From an uncultured Planctomycetaceae bacterium (lineage in GTDB: Bacteria; Planctomycetota; Planctomycetia; Planctomycetales; Planctomycetaceae): 50,999 nucleotides of DNA. The notes under the pieces are model-generated. The model searched no databases, was not told where the DNA came from, and was given only the letters and a program-made list of their open reading frames with translations. The translations under genes and the position numbers were made by a program. Positions 42,846 through 50,999 of the stretch are shown here, in pieces; position 1 is the stretch's first letter; every line of letters begins with the position of its first letter. Where the stretch lies: contig CALCHI010000240.1 in NCBI GenBank assembly GCA_937901285.1, positions 1-50,999 on the forward strand. The letters are read 5' to 3'.

Positions 42846-44270
42846 ATGACCAACGTGCGCGATTTCGGAGCGGTCGGCGACGGCAAGACCGACGACACCG
42901 AGGCGATCCAACACGCGATCGACGAGGGCATCGGACGCGTCGAATTTCCTCGAGGAGACTACCTGGTCAGCAAGACGCTGCTGGTTGATCTCGAGAAGGT
43001 CGGGAGGACCGGAATTGACGGCTCCGGAGGATCGGCCAAGCTGCTGATGGCTGGTGCCGGCCCGGCGATCTTCCTGAAGGGCACCCACGCCCGCACCGCC
43101 GATCCCGATGGGTTCCGCCCGTCGGAGTGGAAAAACGAGCGGATGCCGATCGTGCGGGACATCGAGATTGAAGGGCGTCATGCCGAGGCCGACGGGATCC
43201 GAATCGTCGGCGTCATGCAGCCGACTCTCTCGGGGGTGCTGATTCGTGAGATGCACACCGCGGTGCACATCACCAGCCGGGCCCGAAACCTGGTCATCGA
43301 CGGCTGCCATTTCTACCACAACACCGGCATTGGCGTTCACCTGGACAACGTCAACCTGCACCAGTCGATCATCGCCGACAGCCACATCAGCTACTGCCGG
43401 CTGGGGGGGATCCGGATCGACAACAGTGAGATCCGCAACCTGCAGATCACCGGCAACGACATCGAGTACAACAACAACGCATCGCACGAGGTCGCCGATG
43501 CCGATGACGAACCGACCGCCGAGATCTACATCGACGTGGGATCCGGGAGCGTCCGTGAGGGGACCATTGCCAGCAACACGATCCAGGCCACCGCATCGGG
43601 CAACGGGGCCAACATCCGCATGGTGGGCAGCGGGGGCGAGGACCGCGGGCGAAGCAACCATAAGGCCGGCATGTGGACGATCAGCGGCAACCTGATCGGC
43701 AGCCAGCGGACCAACGTTCACCTGACCAGTGTTCGTGGCGTGGTGATCAGCGGCAACTACATCTACAGCGGTCACCATCGGAACCTGCTGGTCGAGTCCT
43801 CACGAAACATCGTCGTGGGACCCAACTGCTTCGGCCACAATCCGGACTACCGGAAGAAGGAACTGGCCACCGGGATCCGGCTGGTGGATTCCGAGAACTG
43901 CAACCTGAGCGGTGTGTTGATCGAGGATGCTGAAGCGGGACAACACACGGTCGACGGAGTCGAACCGATCCGGCGTGAGGCGCTGGTCGAACTGGTCCGT
44001 TGCCGGCGGGTCAATGTCTCGGGTGTTCAGATCCTTGACGGCACGCCAAACGGCCTGTTGCTCGAGGATTGCCGGGACACGGTGATCACCGGGTGCACCA
44101 TCACCGATGACCGTCAACCCAAGCGGATGGAACGAGCGATCGTCTGGAAGGGAAGCGGCGATGGCAGCCTGCTGGCGCAGTCGCGGATCGGCCGGGGCAC
44201 CCGCGGTGACATGACGTTACCCGCGGAGGTGAAGGTCGACGGCGTGGTTCGGGACGGGGACACGTCGTGA
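42846..44270 (+). CDS. Right-handed parallel beta-helix (pectate-lyase-superfamily) protein
   Basis: 474 aa. N-terminus MTNVRDFGAVGDGKTDDTEAIQHAID is typical of pectate_lyase_3 / GH28-55-like proteins. Many I/V-x-G-N/C repeats follow (VIDGCHFYHN, ITGNDIEYNN, ISGNLIG, ISGNYIY, ITGCTI). No signal peptide. Confidence 0.75.
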   Translation: MTNVRDFGAVGDGKTDDTEAIQHAIDEGIGRVEFPRGDYLVSKTLLVDLEKVGRTGIDGSGGSAKLLMAGAGPAIFLKGTHARTADPDGFRPSEWKNERMPIVRDIEIEGRHAEADGIRIVGVMQPTLSGVLIREMHTAVHITSRARNLVIDGCHFYHNTGIGVHLDNVNLHQSIIADSHISYCRLGGIRIDNSEIRNLQITGNDIEYNNNASHEVADADDEPTAEIYIDVGSGSVREGTIASNTIQATASGNGANIRMVGSGGEDRGRSNHKAGMWTISGNLIGSQRTNVHLTSVRGVVISGNYIYSGHHRNLLVESSRNIVVGPNCFGHNPDYRKKELATGIRLVDSENCNLSGVLIEDAEAGQHTVDGVEPIRREALVELVRCRRVNVSGVQILDGTPNGLLLEDCRDTVITGCTITDDRQPKRMERAIVWKGSGDGSLLAQSRIGRGTRGDMTLPAEVKVDGVVRDGDTS

Positions 44271-45928
44271 GCGGGACCGAGGTGAGCAGTACGTCGACCG
44301 GAGGGGCCGCGGTCGTCGCCGCACTGGCGGCCCACGGCATCGAGACGGTCTTCGGCATTCCCGGGACACACAATCTGGCGGTGTACGAGGGCCTGGCCGG
44401 ACAGTCCGATGTGACGCATGTCCTGGCGCGGCACGAGCAGGGGGCCGGGTTCATGGCCGACGGGTACGCCCGTGCCAGCGGGGGGGTCGGGGTCTGCCTG
44501 AGCACCACCGGGCCGGCGGCGCTCAACGTGCTGACTCCCCTGGGCACCGCGTTCGCCGATTCCGTTCCGGTGCTCTCGATCGCCAGCGAGATTCCCTCGC
44601 GGGGACTGGGCCTTGGCAAGGGGTTCCTGCACGAGTGTGTCGATCAACTGGGATGCTACACGCCGGTGACCAAGTTCTCCGCCCGCGTGACCGAAGTCGA
44701 GGCGATCGTGCCGACGTTGTGCTCGGCCATCGCGGCGGTGACCAGCGGACGGCCCCGGCCCGCGGCGATCGACATTCCCTGTGACATTCTCGACGCCGAG
44801 GGGATCCCCGGTGACGCGGTGCCGGAAGATGAGGCCGAATCGGATTGCGATGAGCAGGCCGTCCAGCGCGTGGCGAAGGTACTGGATTCTGCCCAACGGC
44901 CATTGATCTGGGCCGGCGGTGGCGTGGTTCGCAGCGGCGGATTTTCTGCGCTGGCCCGTCTGGCCGAACGCCTGGATGCTCCGGTGTTTTCGACCGTTCT
45001 CGGCAAGGGGGCATTGCCGGCCGATCACCGGTTGTCGGCTGGTGAAGGATTGCTCCACCCGGCCGCGAGTGACATGAGGGCCGATTGCGACGTGATGCTC
45101 GCGGTGGGCACCGGTTTCGGACAGCTCGAGACGGTCAGTTGGCAACTGCCGATGCCGCCAGTGCTGATTCAGGTGGATGTTGATCCGGCGATGATCGGCC
45201 TGAACTATGACGTGCAGGATTCGATCATTGGCGACGCGGGGACGGTGCTCGAGGCACTCTGTGAGGCGGTGTCCGAGCGGAAACCGTCCAGGGCCGACGA
45301 AGTGGCGGCGATGCGGAGCGAACTGCGGCGGCTGAGCATCGAACGATGTGGTCACGTGGTCGGCCTGATCGATGCGGTCCGTTCGGGGACACCCCGCGAG
45401 GCCATCTTCGTCAATGACCTGACGGTGGCCGGTTACTGGGGACGGTACCTGCTGGATGTCTATGAACCCCGCAGCTACCTCTATCCCTGGAATTTCTGCA
45501 CGCTGGGCTACGCGCTCGCGGCATCGATCGGCGCGGCAACGGCGCGAAGAGATTGTCCGGTCGTCGTGCTGACCGGTGACGGCGGGATGCTGTTCAATGT
45601 CCAGGAACTGGCCACCGCCGTGCAGCACGGCGTTCCGCTGACGGTGATCGTGTTCAACGATGACGCCTACGGAGTGCTCAAGCCACAGCAGGAGGACCGT
45701 TACGGGCGGACGTTCGCCACCGACCTCATGAACCCGGACCTGGTCCGTCTGGCCGAATCGTTCGGGGCCGACGGGGTCCGCGTCAATTCCGCCGAACAAC
45801 TCGGAAAGGAACTGTCCACAGCCGTCGAGAACGATCGCGTGACGGTCATCGATGTGCCGGTTTCGGTTCCCTGGCCGATCTGGAAGGGGCAGGAAGCCGT
45901 CGTGGCCACCCGAAAGGACACCGCGTGA
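44267..45928 (+). CDS. Thiamine diphosphate-dependent enzyme (acetolactate synthase large-subunit-like family)
   Basis: 553 aa. GTG start overlapping the upstream stop (GTGA). N-terminal Pyr domain GIETVFGIPGTHNLAVYEGL and ARHEQGAGFMADGYAR (catalytic Glu). ThDP motif GDGGMLFNVQELATAVQHGVPLTVIVFNDDAYG. Confidence 0.85.
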   Translation: MSGTEVSSTSTGGAAVVAALAAHGIETVFGIPGTHNLAVYEGLAGQSDVTHVLARHEQGAGFMADGYARASGGVGVCLSTTGPAALNVLTPLGTAFADSVPVLSIASEIPSRGLGLGKGFLHECVDQLGCYTPVTKFSARVTEVEAIVPTLCSAIAAVTSGRPRPAAIDIPCDILDAEGIPGDAVPEDEAESDCDEQAVQRVAKVLDSAQRPLIWAGGGVVRSGGFSALARLAERLDAPVFSTVLGKGALPADHRLSAGEGLLHPAASDMRADCDVMLAVGTGFGQLETVSWQLPMPPVLIQVDVDPAMIGLNYDVQDSIIGDAGTVLEALCEAVSERKPSRADEVAAMRSELRRLSIERCGHVVGLIDAVRSGTPREAIFVNDLTVAGYWGRYLLDVYEPRSYLYPWNFCTLGYALAASIGAATARRDCPVVVLTGDGGMLFNVQELATAVQHGVPLTVIVFNDDAYGVLKPQQEDRYGRTFATDLMNPDLVRLAESFGADGVRVNSAEQLGKELSTAVENDRVTVIDVPVSVPWPIWKGQEAVVATRKDTA

Positions 45929-46866
45929 ATCGCCTGGCCAAGCAACTGAAGGCCCGTGGCGGGCGTGTGCGAGTCGACAAGGCCGGTCGATTGGTCTCGG
46001 TCCGTTTCGTCGATCGACCAATCGAGAAGGCGGACCTGGATCTGCTGGTGCAGTGCCGCAAGCTCCGCCGGCTCGACCTCGAGGGCTCGCGGCTTGATGA
46101 CGCCGGTTTGTCCCGCTTGGCCACCATCAAGTCACTGGAGTCTCTGGCTGTGCACGACGCCCGCATCACCGACGCGGGATTGAAGCACATTGCTCGGCTC
46201 GAACAGTTGAAGACTCTCGGGCTGGCCGGCACACGGATCGGGGATGCGGGGCTGGCGCACCTGGCGGGGCTGGTTCGGCTTGAGGGCCTGGTGCTGACCA
46301 ATTCGAAGATCACCGACAAGGGTCTGGTGCACCTGAAACCACTGGTTCGCCTGTCGGATCTTCCGGTCCGCGGCACCGGGGCGACGTTTGGGGGCGTGGT
46401 CGATCTGTTTGTGCGGCACCAGCGTCGCGGGTTGGCTGCGGCGGTGCGGGCGATGGGATTGGCGGCCACCGGCGACGGTCCCATCAAGCGGATTGACCTG
46501 GGGCGAACCGGGGTTCGTGACCAGGATCTGGCTCACCTGGCCGATCTCAAGGGGCTGGAACACCTGATCCTGGCCACCACCGGCATCACCGACGCCGGGC
46601 TGGTCCATGTCGGTCGCCTGAAGCGACTCAAGGGGCTCTACCTGGCCAAGTGTGCAATCACCGATGCCGGGCTGGCTCACCTGGCCGGATTGCGTGAGGT
46701 TGAGTCGCTGAACCTCTACGGCACGGGGGTGACGGACGTGGGACTGCCTCATCTGTACGGAATGAAGCGGATGAGGGACCTGTATCTGACGGACCTCAAG
46801 CTGAGCGAAGAGGCAATCACCAAGCTGAAGGCGGAATTGCCCAGGGTCACAGTGGCCGGTCCGTGA
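45925..46866 (+). CDS. Leucine-rich repeat protein (RNI/LRR_6-like, ...ITDAGLxHLxxL... units)
   Basis: 313 aa. GTG start overlapping the upstream stop (GTGA). About 9 units of roughly 24-25 aa (LESLAVHDARITDAGLKHIARLEQ, LKTLGLAGTRIGDAGLAHLAGLVR, ...). A non-repeat insert interrupts them (aa ~150-185). No signal peptide. Confidence 0.8.
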   Translation: MNRLAKQLKARGGRVRVDKAGRLVSVRFVDRPIEKADLDLLVQCRKLRRLDLEGSRLDDAGLSRLATIKSLESLAVHDARITDAGLKHIARLEQLKTLGLAGTRIGDAGLAHLAGLVRLEGLVLTNSKITDKGLVHLKPLVRLSDLPVRGTGATFGGVVDLFVRHQRRGLAAAVRAMGLAATGDGPIKRIDLGRTGVRDQDLAHLADLKGLEHLILATTGITDAGLVHVGRLKRLKGLYLAKCAITDAGLAHLAGLREVESLNLYGTGVTDVGLPHLYGMKRMRDLYLTDLKLSEEAITKLKAELPRVTVAGP

Positions 46867-46873
46867 CCTGCTG

Positions 46874-48358
46874 CTAGCCGATCAACTCGGTGATGGCTTT
46901 TCCCTCGGACAGCACCGGCACGGGCCGCCCCCCCACGTTGTTGAACGTCCGCTCGGTGTCGATGCCCATCGCGTGGTAGATCGTTGCCAGGACATCACGA
47001 GGGGTGAGTGGTCTGGAGGCGGGGCGTTCGCCCTTGTCGTTGGTACTGCCGATGATCTGGCCACGTGCCAGGCCTCCACCGAACATCATCACGTTGCCGG
47101 CCGGTCCCCAGTGTTCGCGACCGGGACATCCCTTGCGGACGTAGACCTTTGGCGTACGGCCGAATTCCCCGGCCAAAACCACCAGCACCTCGTCGGAGAG
47201 TCCCCGTTCGTCGAGATCCTCGATCAGCGCCGAGATGGCGCGGTCGAACTTGGGGCCACGTCGTCTCATGACCTCGAAGATGTTGCCGTGGACGGCGTGA
47301 TCGTCCCAGCCAATTCCCGAACGGTCTCCATCGCCTCGTCCATCGGGTGAGAACCGAACGGCAACCACATCGACACCCGCCTCGACCAGTCTCCTGGCGA
47401 GCAGGGCTTGCTGGCCGGAGGTTTCCAGCCCGTACCGTTCACGAGTCCGCCGGTCCTCCCGGCTGAGATCGAAGGCTCGGGCCGCACGGCCGGAACCGCT
47501 GAGCAGATCGAAGGCCTGCTGGGTGTAACGGTCCGCGGCGTCGAGTTGACCGTGGAGGTCAATTTCCGACCTCAGGGTTCCCCGGCGGACGAAGCGGTCG
47601 AGACTGGCCAGGATGGCCCGTCGGTCGGACAGCTTCTTTCCGTCGTCTCCCGCCTGCAGGTTCTGGACTTGGAACCTTGGCCGGGACGGGTCACCGGACA
47701 CCTGGAAGGGGCCGGCGTTCGGGCCGAGGTAGGCCGGCCCACCGCGATGCAGGCCGATGGAGGACTGGCCGCCGAGTGCGACGTAGCCGGGCAAGCCGCC
47801 ACCCGGGGCAGCCCGCCGTCGGTTGCGGCGCATGCCACGGGCCAGGTTGGGGTCGGTTGAGGCACCCAGCGAGATCGGAGAGGCTTCCTCGTGCTGCCGG
47901 CTACGAATCCGGTGCATGATCGCCGCACAGTCGGGGTACTCGCTCCGGCCGCTGACAATTCGGGCTCCGAAATACCCGGTGATGAAGTTGTGCGTGCCGT
48001 CGACGTGTCCGGAGGAGGGCTGGTGGATCGAACGAATGACACTGAAGCGGTCGGCCAATGCGGCTGTCCGCGGCAGGATTTCACAGAACTGCACTCCCGG
48101 CAGCGCCGTGGAGATGGCGTCGAGTTCACCACGGTACTCGGCGGGGGCCAGCGGCTTGGGGTCAAAGGTCTCGTGGTGACTCGGTCCGCCGTCCTGCCAC
48201 AGCAGGATGACTCGCCGTTGCGGTGTTGCCCCGCCCGGCCGCGCCGCCTCGGCTCGAAGCCGCAGGATGTGCGGCAGCGAGAATGCCCCCATGCCGGTCA
48301 TGACCTGGGCCATGGCACGACGGCGAGTGCATCCGGGATAGACGGGGTTCTCGGGCAT
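46874..48358 (-). CDS. DUF1501 domain-containing protein
   Basis: ORF 46874..48361 has a TTG start. ATG at 48358 gives a TGATG overlap with the upstream oxidoreductase stop. Hallmarks RVILLWQDGGPSHHETFDPKP, AGEFGRTP, GREHWGPAGNVMMFGGGLARG. Confidence 0.85.
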   Translation of the reverse strand: MPENPVYPGCTRRRAMAQVMTGMGAFSLPHILRLRAEAARPGGATPQRRVILLWQDGGPSHHETFDPKPLAPAEYRGELDAISTALPGVQFCEILPRTAALADRFSVIRSIHQPSSGHVDGTHNFITGYFGARIVSGRSEYPDCAAIMHRIRSRQHEEASPISLGASTDPNLARGMRRNRRRAAPGGGLPGYVALGGQSSIGLHRGGPAYLGPNAGPFQVSGDPSRPRFQVQNLQAGDDGKKLSDRRAILASLDRFVRRGTLRSEIDLHGQLDAADRYTQQAFDLLSGSGRAARAFDLSREDRRTRERYGLETSGQQALLARRLVEAGVDVVAVRFSPDGRGDGDRSGIGWDDHAVHGNIFEVMRRRGPKFDRAISALIEDLDERGLSDEVLVVLAGEFGRTPKVYVRKGCPGREHWGPAGNVMMFGGGLARGQIIGSTNDKGERPASRPLTPRDVLATIYHAMGIDTERTFNNVGGRPVPVLSEGKAITELIG

Positions 48359-49731
48359 CAAGTCAGGGAACCGTACTCGCGGTCCTTGATCAGTCCGGGC
48401 ATTGGGATCGGGTAGGTGCCGTCGGGGTTGGCCTTCAACGGCGATGGCCCGTCCAGCGTCAGGCGGTCGACAGTCGGGGCGAACTCGTGCTGGCAGTTGA
48501 GCATCTGGTCGCGGGTGATGATCTGGCCGGTGTGGGCCGCCATCCGCCCCATTGCCGTCACCAGGCTGGCCTCGGCACCACGTTTCACCTCGTTGTAGGG
48601 CTCGTCCCGCCGGATCGCCGTCAGCAGGTCATCCCATTCGACCTGATAGGGGTTGGGTTCCCGGCCGGGGAACGACCAGGCGATGTTCTCCTTGGTCATT
48701 TTCCAACCCTTGTAGATCTTCGCCCGCGAGGGAGCGTGTCCCCGTGAGGAGATCACTGCCGAGCCCTTGCTGCCGTGAGCAAAGCTGGCGAATCGCTGGT
48801 TGCAGCCGGGGATTGTGCGGCCATTGACCAGCAGTTTGGTCCCGTCGGCGTAGGTGAACTCGATCGAGTAGGTGTCGAAGTTCTGGTCGACATCGTCGCC
48901 GCGGTAGTGCCGTCCGCCGGAGGCCTCGGCCTGGACCGGGAAGGCGTTCTTCATCCAACTGCACTCGTCGATGTTGTGGATCAGGAAGTCACTGACCGCA
49001 CCACCCGAGAGCCACAGGAAGGCGTGGAAGCGGCGGATCTGGTAGAGCAGATCGGAGGAACCCTTGGGGGCCTTGCCGGTGGCGGCCGAACCGGTTGGGC
49101 CGGCCATGCGGTAGGCCCTCAGTTCGAGCACGTCACCGATCTGGCCGTCCTGGATCCGGCGGAACAGTTCCTGCCGCGCCTTGCAGTGACGGCACATCAG
49201 GCCGACACCCACCTTGAGGTTCTTCTTGACCGATTGCTTGCCCAGGTCCAGCATCCTGCGGCTGCTGGGACCGTCGATGGAGATGGGCTTCTCCATGAAG
49301 ACGTTCAGGCCCTTCTCGATGGCGTAGGTGAACTGGACCCAGCGGAAGGCGGCCGGTGTGGTCAGGATCACCACGTCGCCGGGACTCAGGCAGTCCATCG
49401 CCTCGCGATACGCTTCGAACCCGATGAACTGTCGATCCTCGGGCACGTCGACGGCGCCGCGGAAGCGGTTCGTCAGGGCCTTGTGCGAGTTGGCCATGCG
49501 GTCCTCAAAGACATCTGCCATGGCCACCAGACGGGTTGGTCCCACCTTGCTGGCCAACGCGTTGGCTGCCGCGCCGGTTCCTCGACCACCAGCACCGACC
49601 AGGGCCAACTGGATCGTGTTGTTTCCTGCCGCGTAGATTGCCGGCGCTGTCGAGCCGACCAATGCCGCTGCACCGGCGACCTTCAGAAAACCACGTCGCG
49701 AATCGTCCTGAGGCTGTTGCGTTTGGCTCAT
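48358..49731 (-). CDS. Gfo/Idh/MocA family oxidoreductase with Tat signal
   Basis: 457 aa. Leader SRRGFLKVAGAAALVGSTAP. Rossmann motif LALVGAGGRGTGAA. GGAGAGAGAG SD-like sequence before the ATG. Confidence 0.85.
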   Translation of the reverse strand: MSQTQQPQDDSRRGFLKVAGAAALVGSTAPAIYAAGNNTIQLALVGAGGRGTGAAANALASKVGPTRLVAMADVFEDRMANSHKALTNRFRGAVDVPEDRQFIGFEAYREAMDCLSPGDVVILTTPAAFRWVQFTYAIEKGLNVFMEKPISIDGPSSRRMLDLGKQSVKKNLKVGVGLMCRHCKARQELFRRIQDGQIGDVLELRAYRMAGPTGSAATGKAPKGSSDLLYQIRRFHAFLWLSGGAVSDFLIHNIDECSWMKNAFPVQAEASGGRHYRGDDVDQNFDTYSIEFTYADGTKLLVNGRTIPGCNQRFASFAHGSKGSAVISSRGHAPSRAKIYKGWKMTKENIAWSFPGREPNPYQVEWDDLLTAIRRDEPYNEVKRGAEASLVTAMGRMAAHTGQIITRDQMLNCQHEFAPTVDRLTLDGPSPLKANPDGTYPIPMPGLIKDREYGSLT

Positions 49732-49911
49732 CGTTTCTCTCTCTCCGGTACCAGGTCTTTTCGACCAATGCGGGATCGGCGGTTGATGTTGCCAGTTTTC
49801 AGGCGACTGAATTGTACGTCAACTGACCGGTCGGAATCATCTCCAACCCGCGGAGCGGGTGAATGTCTCGGGAATTGGCGGTGGGAGGCCGAGATGGACG
49901 TCCTGAGCATG

Positions 49912-49933
49912 AATGTAAACACGTGTACACATT
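49912..49933. promoter_or_regulatory. 22-bp imperfect palindrome (candidate operator) in a divergent promoter region
   Basis: AATGTAAACACGTGTACACATT. 9 of 11 positions pair, and the core ACACGTGT is perfect. It lies in the AT-richer 340-bp gap between the divergent Gfo/Idh/MocA (-) and DUF1501 (+) genes. Confidence 0.3.
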
Positions 49934-50071
49934 TGTGAAACCCATGGCAATCAGCAGGTCGGAAGATGTTGCGATTTCCGATACACTGAGATAGCTTCAC
50001 GGCAACGCACACGTTTCCATTCGCTTCGGACTGACCGGGCAACTGGGAACCGAACTGGCAGAGGACGGCCG

Positions 50072-50999
50072 ATGTTGACAATCCCGGGGGTCCAGTCGAG
50101 TTACTGCGACGGCATGACGCGTCGCAGTTGCCTGCAGATCGGTAGCCTGGCCCTGGGTGGGTTGTCGTTGCCGGAGATACTGCGGGCCGAGGCGGAGTCG
50201 AAGTTGGATCGCCCGATCAAGGGCGTGATCATGGTGATTCTGCCCGGTGGTCCGACTCACCTGGACATGTACGACCTGAAGCCGGACGCTCCGTCGGAGA
50301 TCCGTGGCGAGTTTGATCCGATCGCGACCCGGGTTCCGGGCATGGATGTCTGTGAGCTGATGCCCGGGTTGGCCGGCATCGCGGACAAGCTTTCGGTGGT
50401 CCGGTCGTTGTACGGGTTCAAGAACGATCACAATACGCACTGGTGTTCGACCGGGTGGGAGTCTCACGACGAGATGCCCGCTTCGCCGCTGGTTCCCGGA
50501 TTTCCACCGGGTGGGTGGCCGTCGCTGGGTTCAGTGCTTTCCAAGCAGCTTGGACCACAGGTGCCGGGCGTTTCACCGGCTGTCGACCTGGTGCCGACTG
50601 ACGCGGATGCCCGCTTCATCATGAGGATCGGTCCGACGCAGCCGGGATTTCTTGGATCGGCCCATGCCGGGTTCGAGGTCGATGCGGTGGATCGTCGCAA
50701 CCTGAGGCTCAACGGTGTGAGCCTGCGTCGGCTGGGTGATCGCAGGCAGTTGCTTTCGAGCTTTGATCGTTTTCGTCGCCAGGTGGAGATCGACGGACGC
50801 GGTGACGGAATCGACGAATTCCATCAGCAGGCCTTCGAGGTGCTGACGTCTCCACGGTTGGCCGAGGCCCTGGACCTGAGTCGCGAGGAGCGGTCGGTCA
50901 AGAAACGTTACGGGCTGGAGGAGGAGTATCCCAACGAGCGAAACGGGAAGACGTACCTGCACCAGTTCCTGCTGGCTCGCCGGGTGATCGAGGCGGGGG
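50072..50999 (+). CDS. DUF1501 domain-containing protein (3' end truncated by window edge)
   Basis: Absent from the ORF track because there is no stop in the window. ATG at 50072 follows GAGGACGG. Manual translation: MLTIPGVQSSYCDGMTRRSCLQIGSLALGGLSLPEIL...GVIMVILPGGPTHLDMYDLKPDAP...HQFLLARRVIEAGG. The frame is open to position 50999. Confidence 0.8.
   Translation, partial: MLTIPGVQSSYCDGMTRRSCLQIGSLALGGLSLPEILRAEAESKLDRPIKGVIMVILPGGPTHLDMYDLKPDAPSEIRGEFDPIATRVPGMDVCELMPGLAGIADKLSVVRSLYGFKNDHNTHWCSTGWESHDEMPASPLVPGFPPGGWPSLGSVLSKQLGPQVPGVSPAVDLVPTDADARFIMRIGPTQPGFLGSAHAGFEVDAVDRRNLRLNGVSLRRLGDRRQLLSSFDRFRRQVEIDGRGDGIDEFHQQAFEVLTSPRLAEALDLSREERSVKKRYGLEEEYPNERNGKTYLHQFLLARRVIEAG

Noticed and set aside
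44114-46021. 635-aa minus-strand ORF
   Set aside because: It is antisense to the ThDP-dependent enzyme, whose motifs (RHEQGA, GDG...NDD) are clear on the plus strand. The minus translation is low-complexity and R/P/G-rich.
49997-50962. Three minus-strand ORFs (156, 82 and 129 aa) at the right edge
   Set aside because: They are antisense to the edge-truncated DUF1501 gene, which starts at 50072 and has clear family motifs.
1-50999. CRISPR arrays, transposases, integrases, phage genes, rRNA
   Set aside because: I saw no short direct-repeat/spacer periodicity in any non-coding gap (all gaps are 340 nt or less). No translated ORF shows DDE, tyrosine/serine recombinase or phage structural motifs. 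The only strict DNA periodicity is the in-frame 48-nt coding repeat at 40082-40321.

Overview
GC-rich bacterial chromosomal window. The gene families point to Planctomycetota: four DUF1501 paralogues, a PSCyt1/DUF1549/DUF1553 giant, a membrane-bound-dehydrogenase/HEAT/CxxCH protein, a YTV-repeat protein and an H4MPT-pathway formyltransferase. I call 41 protein-coding genes. Two are cut by the window edges and are missing from the supplied ORF track (1..856 minus, 50072..50999 plus). I recognised no rRNA, tRNA, CRISPR array, transposase or integrase. Many long ORFs in the track are antisense or off-frame shadows of real genes, as expected in GC-rich DNA. The main feature is a 13-gene minus-strand Tad/Flp-type pilus operon (8335..22261). 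It carries its own phospho-threonine signalling layer: an FHA domain fused to the CpaF/TadA ATPase, a separate FHA-TM protein, and a terminal transmembrane Hanks kinase. The kinase's periplasmic part has four tandem beta-rich repeats, a caspase-like domain with Thr at the catalytic Cys position, and a canonical EF-hand loop. The operon shows no secretin and no TadZ/CpaE. It contains an orphan membrane protein, three oversized TadE/TadG-like proteins and two different small pilin-like genes. Other items of note: a tupABC-like tungstate transporter; an isolated ftr gene; a protein with exact 48-nt (16-aa) VPV repeats; a translationally coupled beta-helix / ThDP-enzyme / LRR triplet; trxA followed by a long coiled-coil protein; and a few candidate promoter, operator and terminator motifs. 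All functional calls rest on motifs read by eye from the translations. No database search was run.
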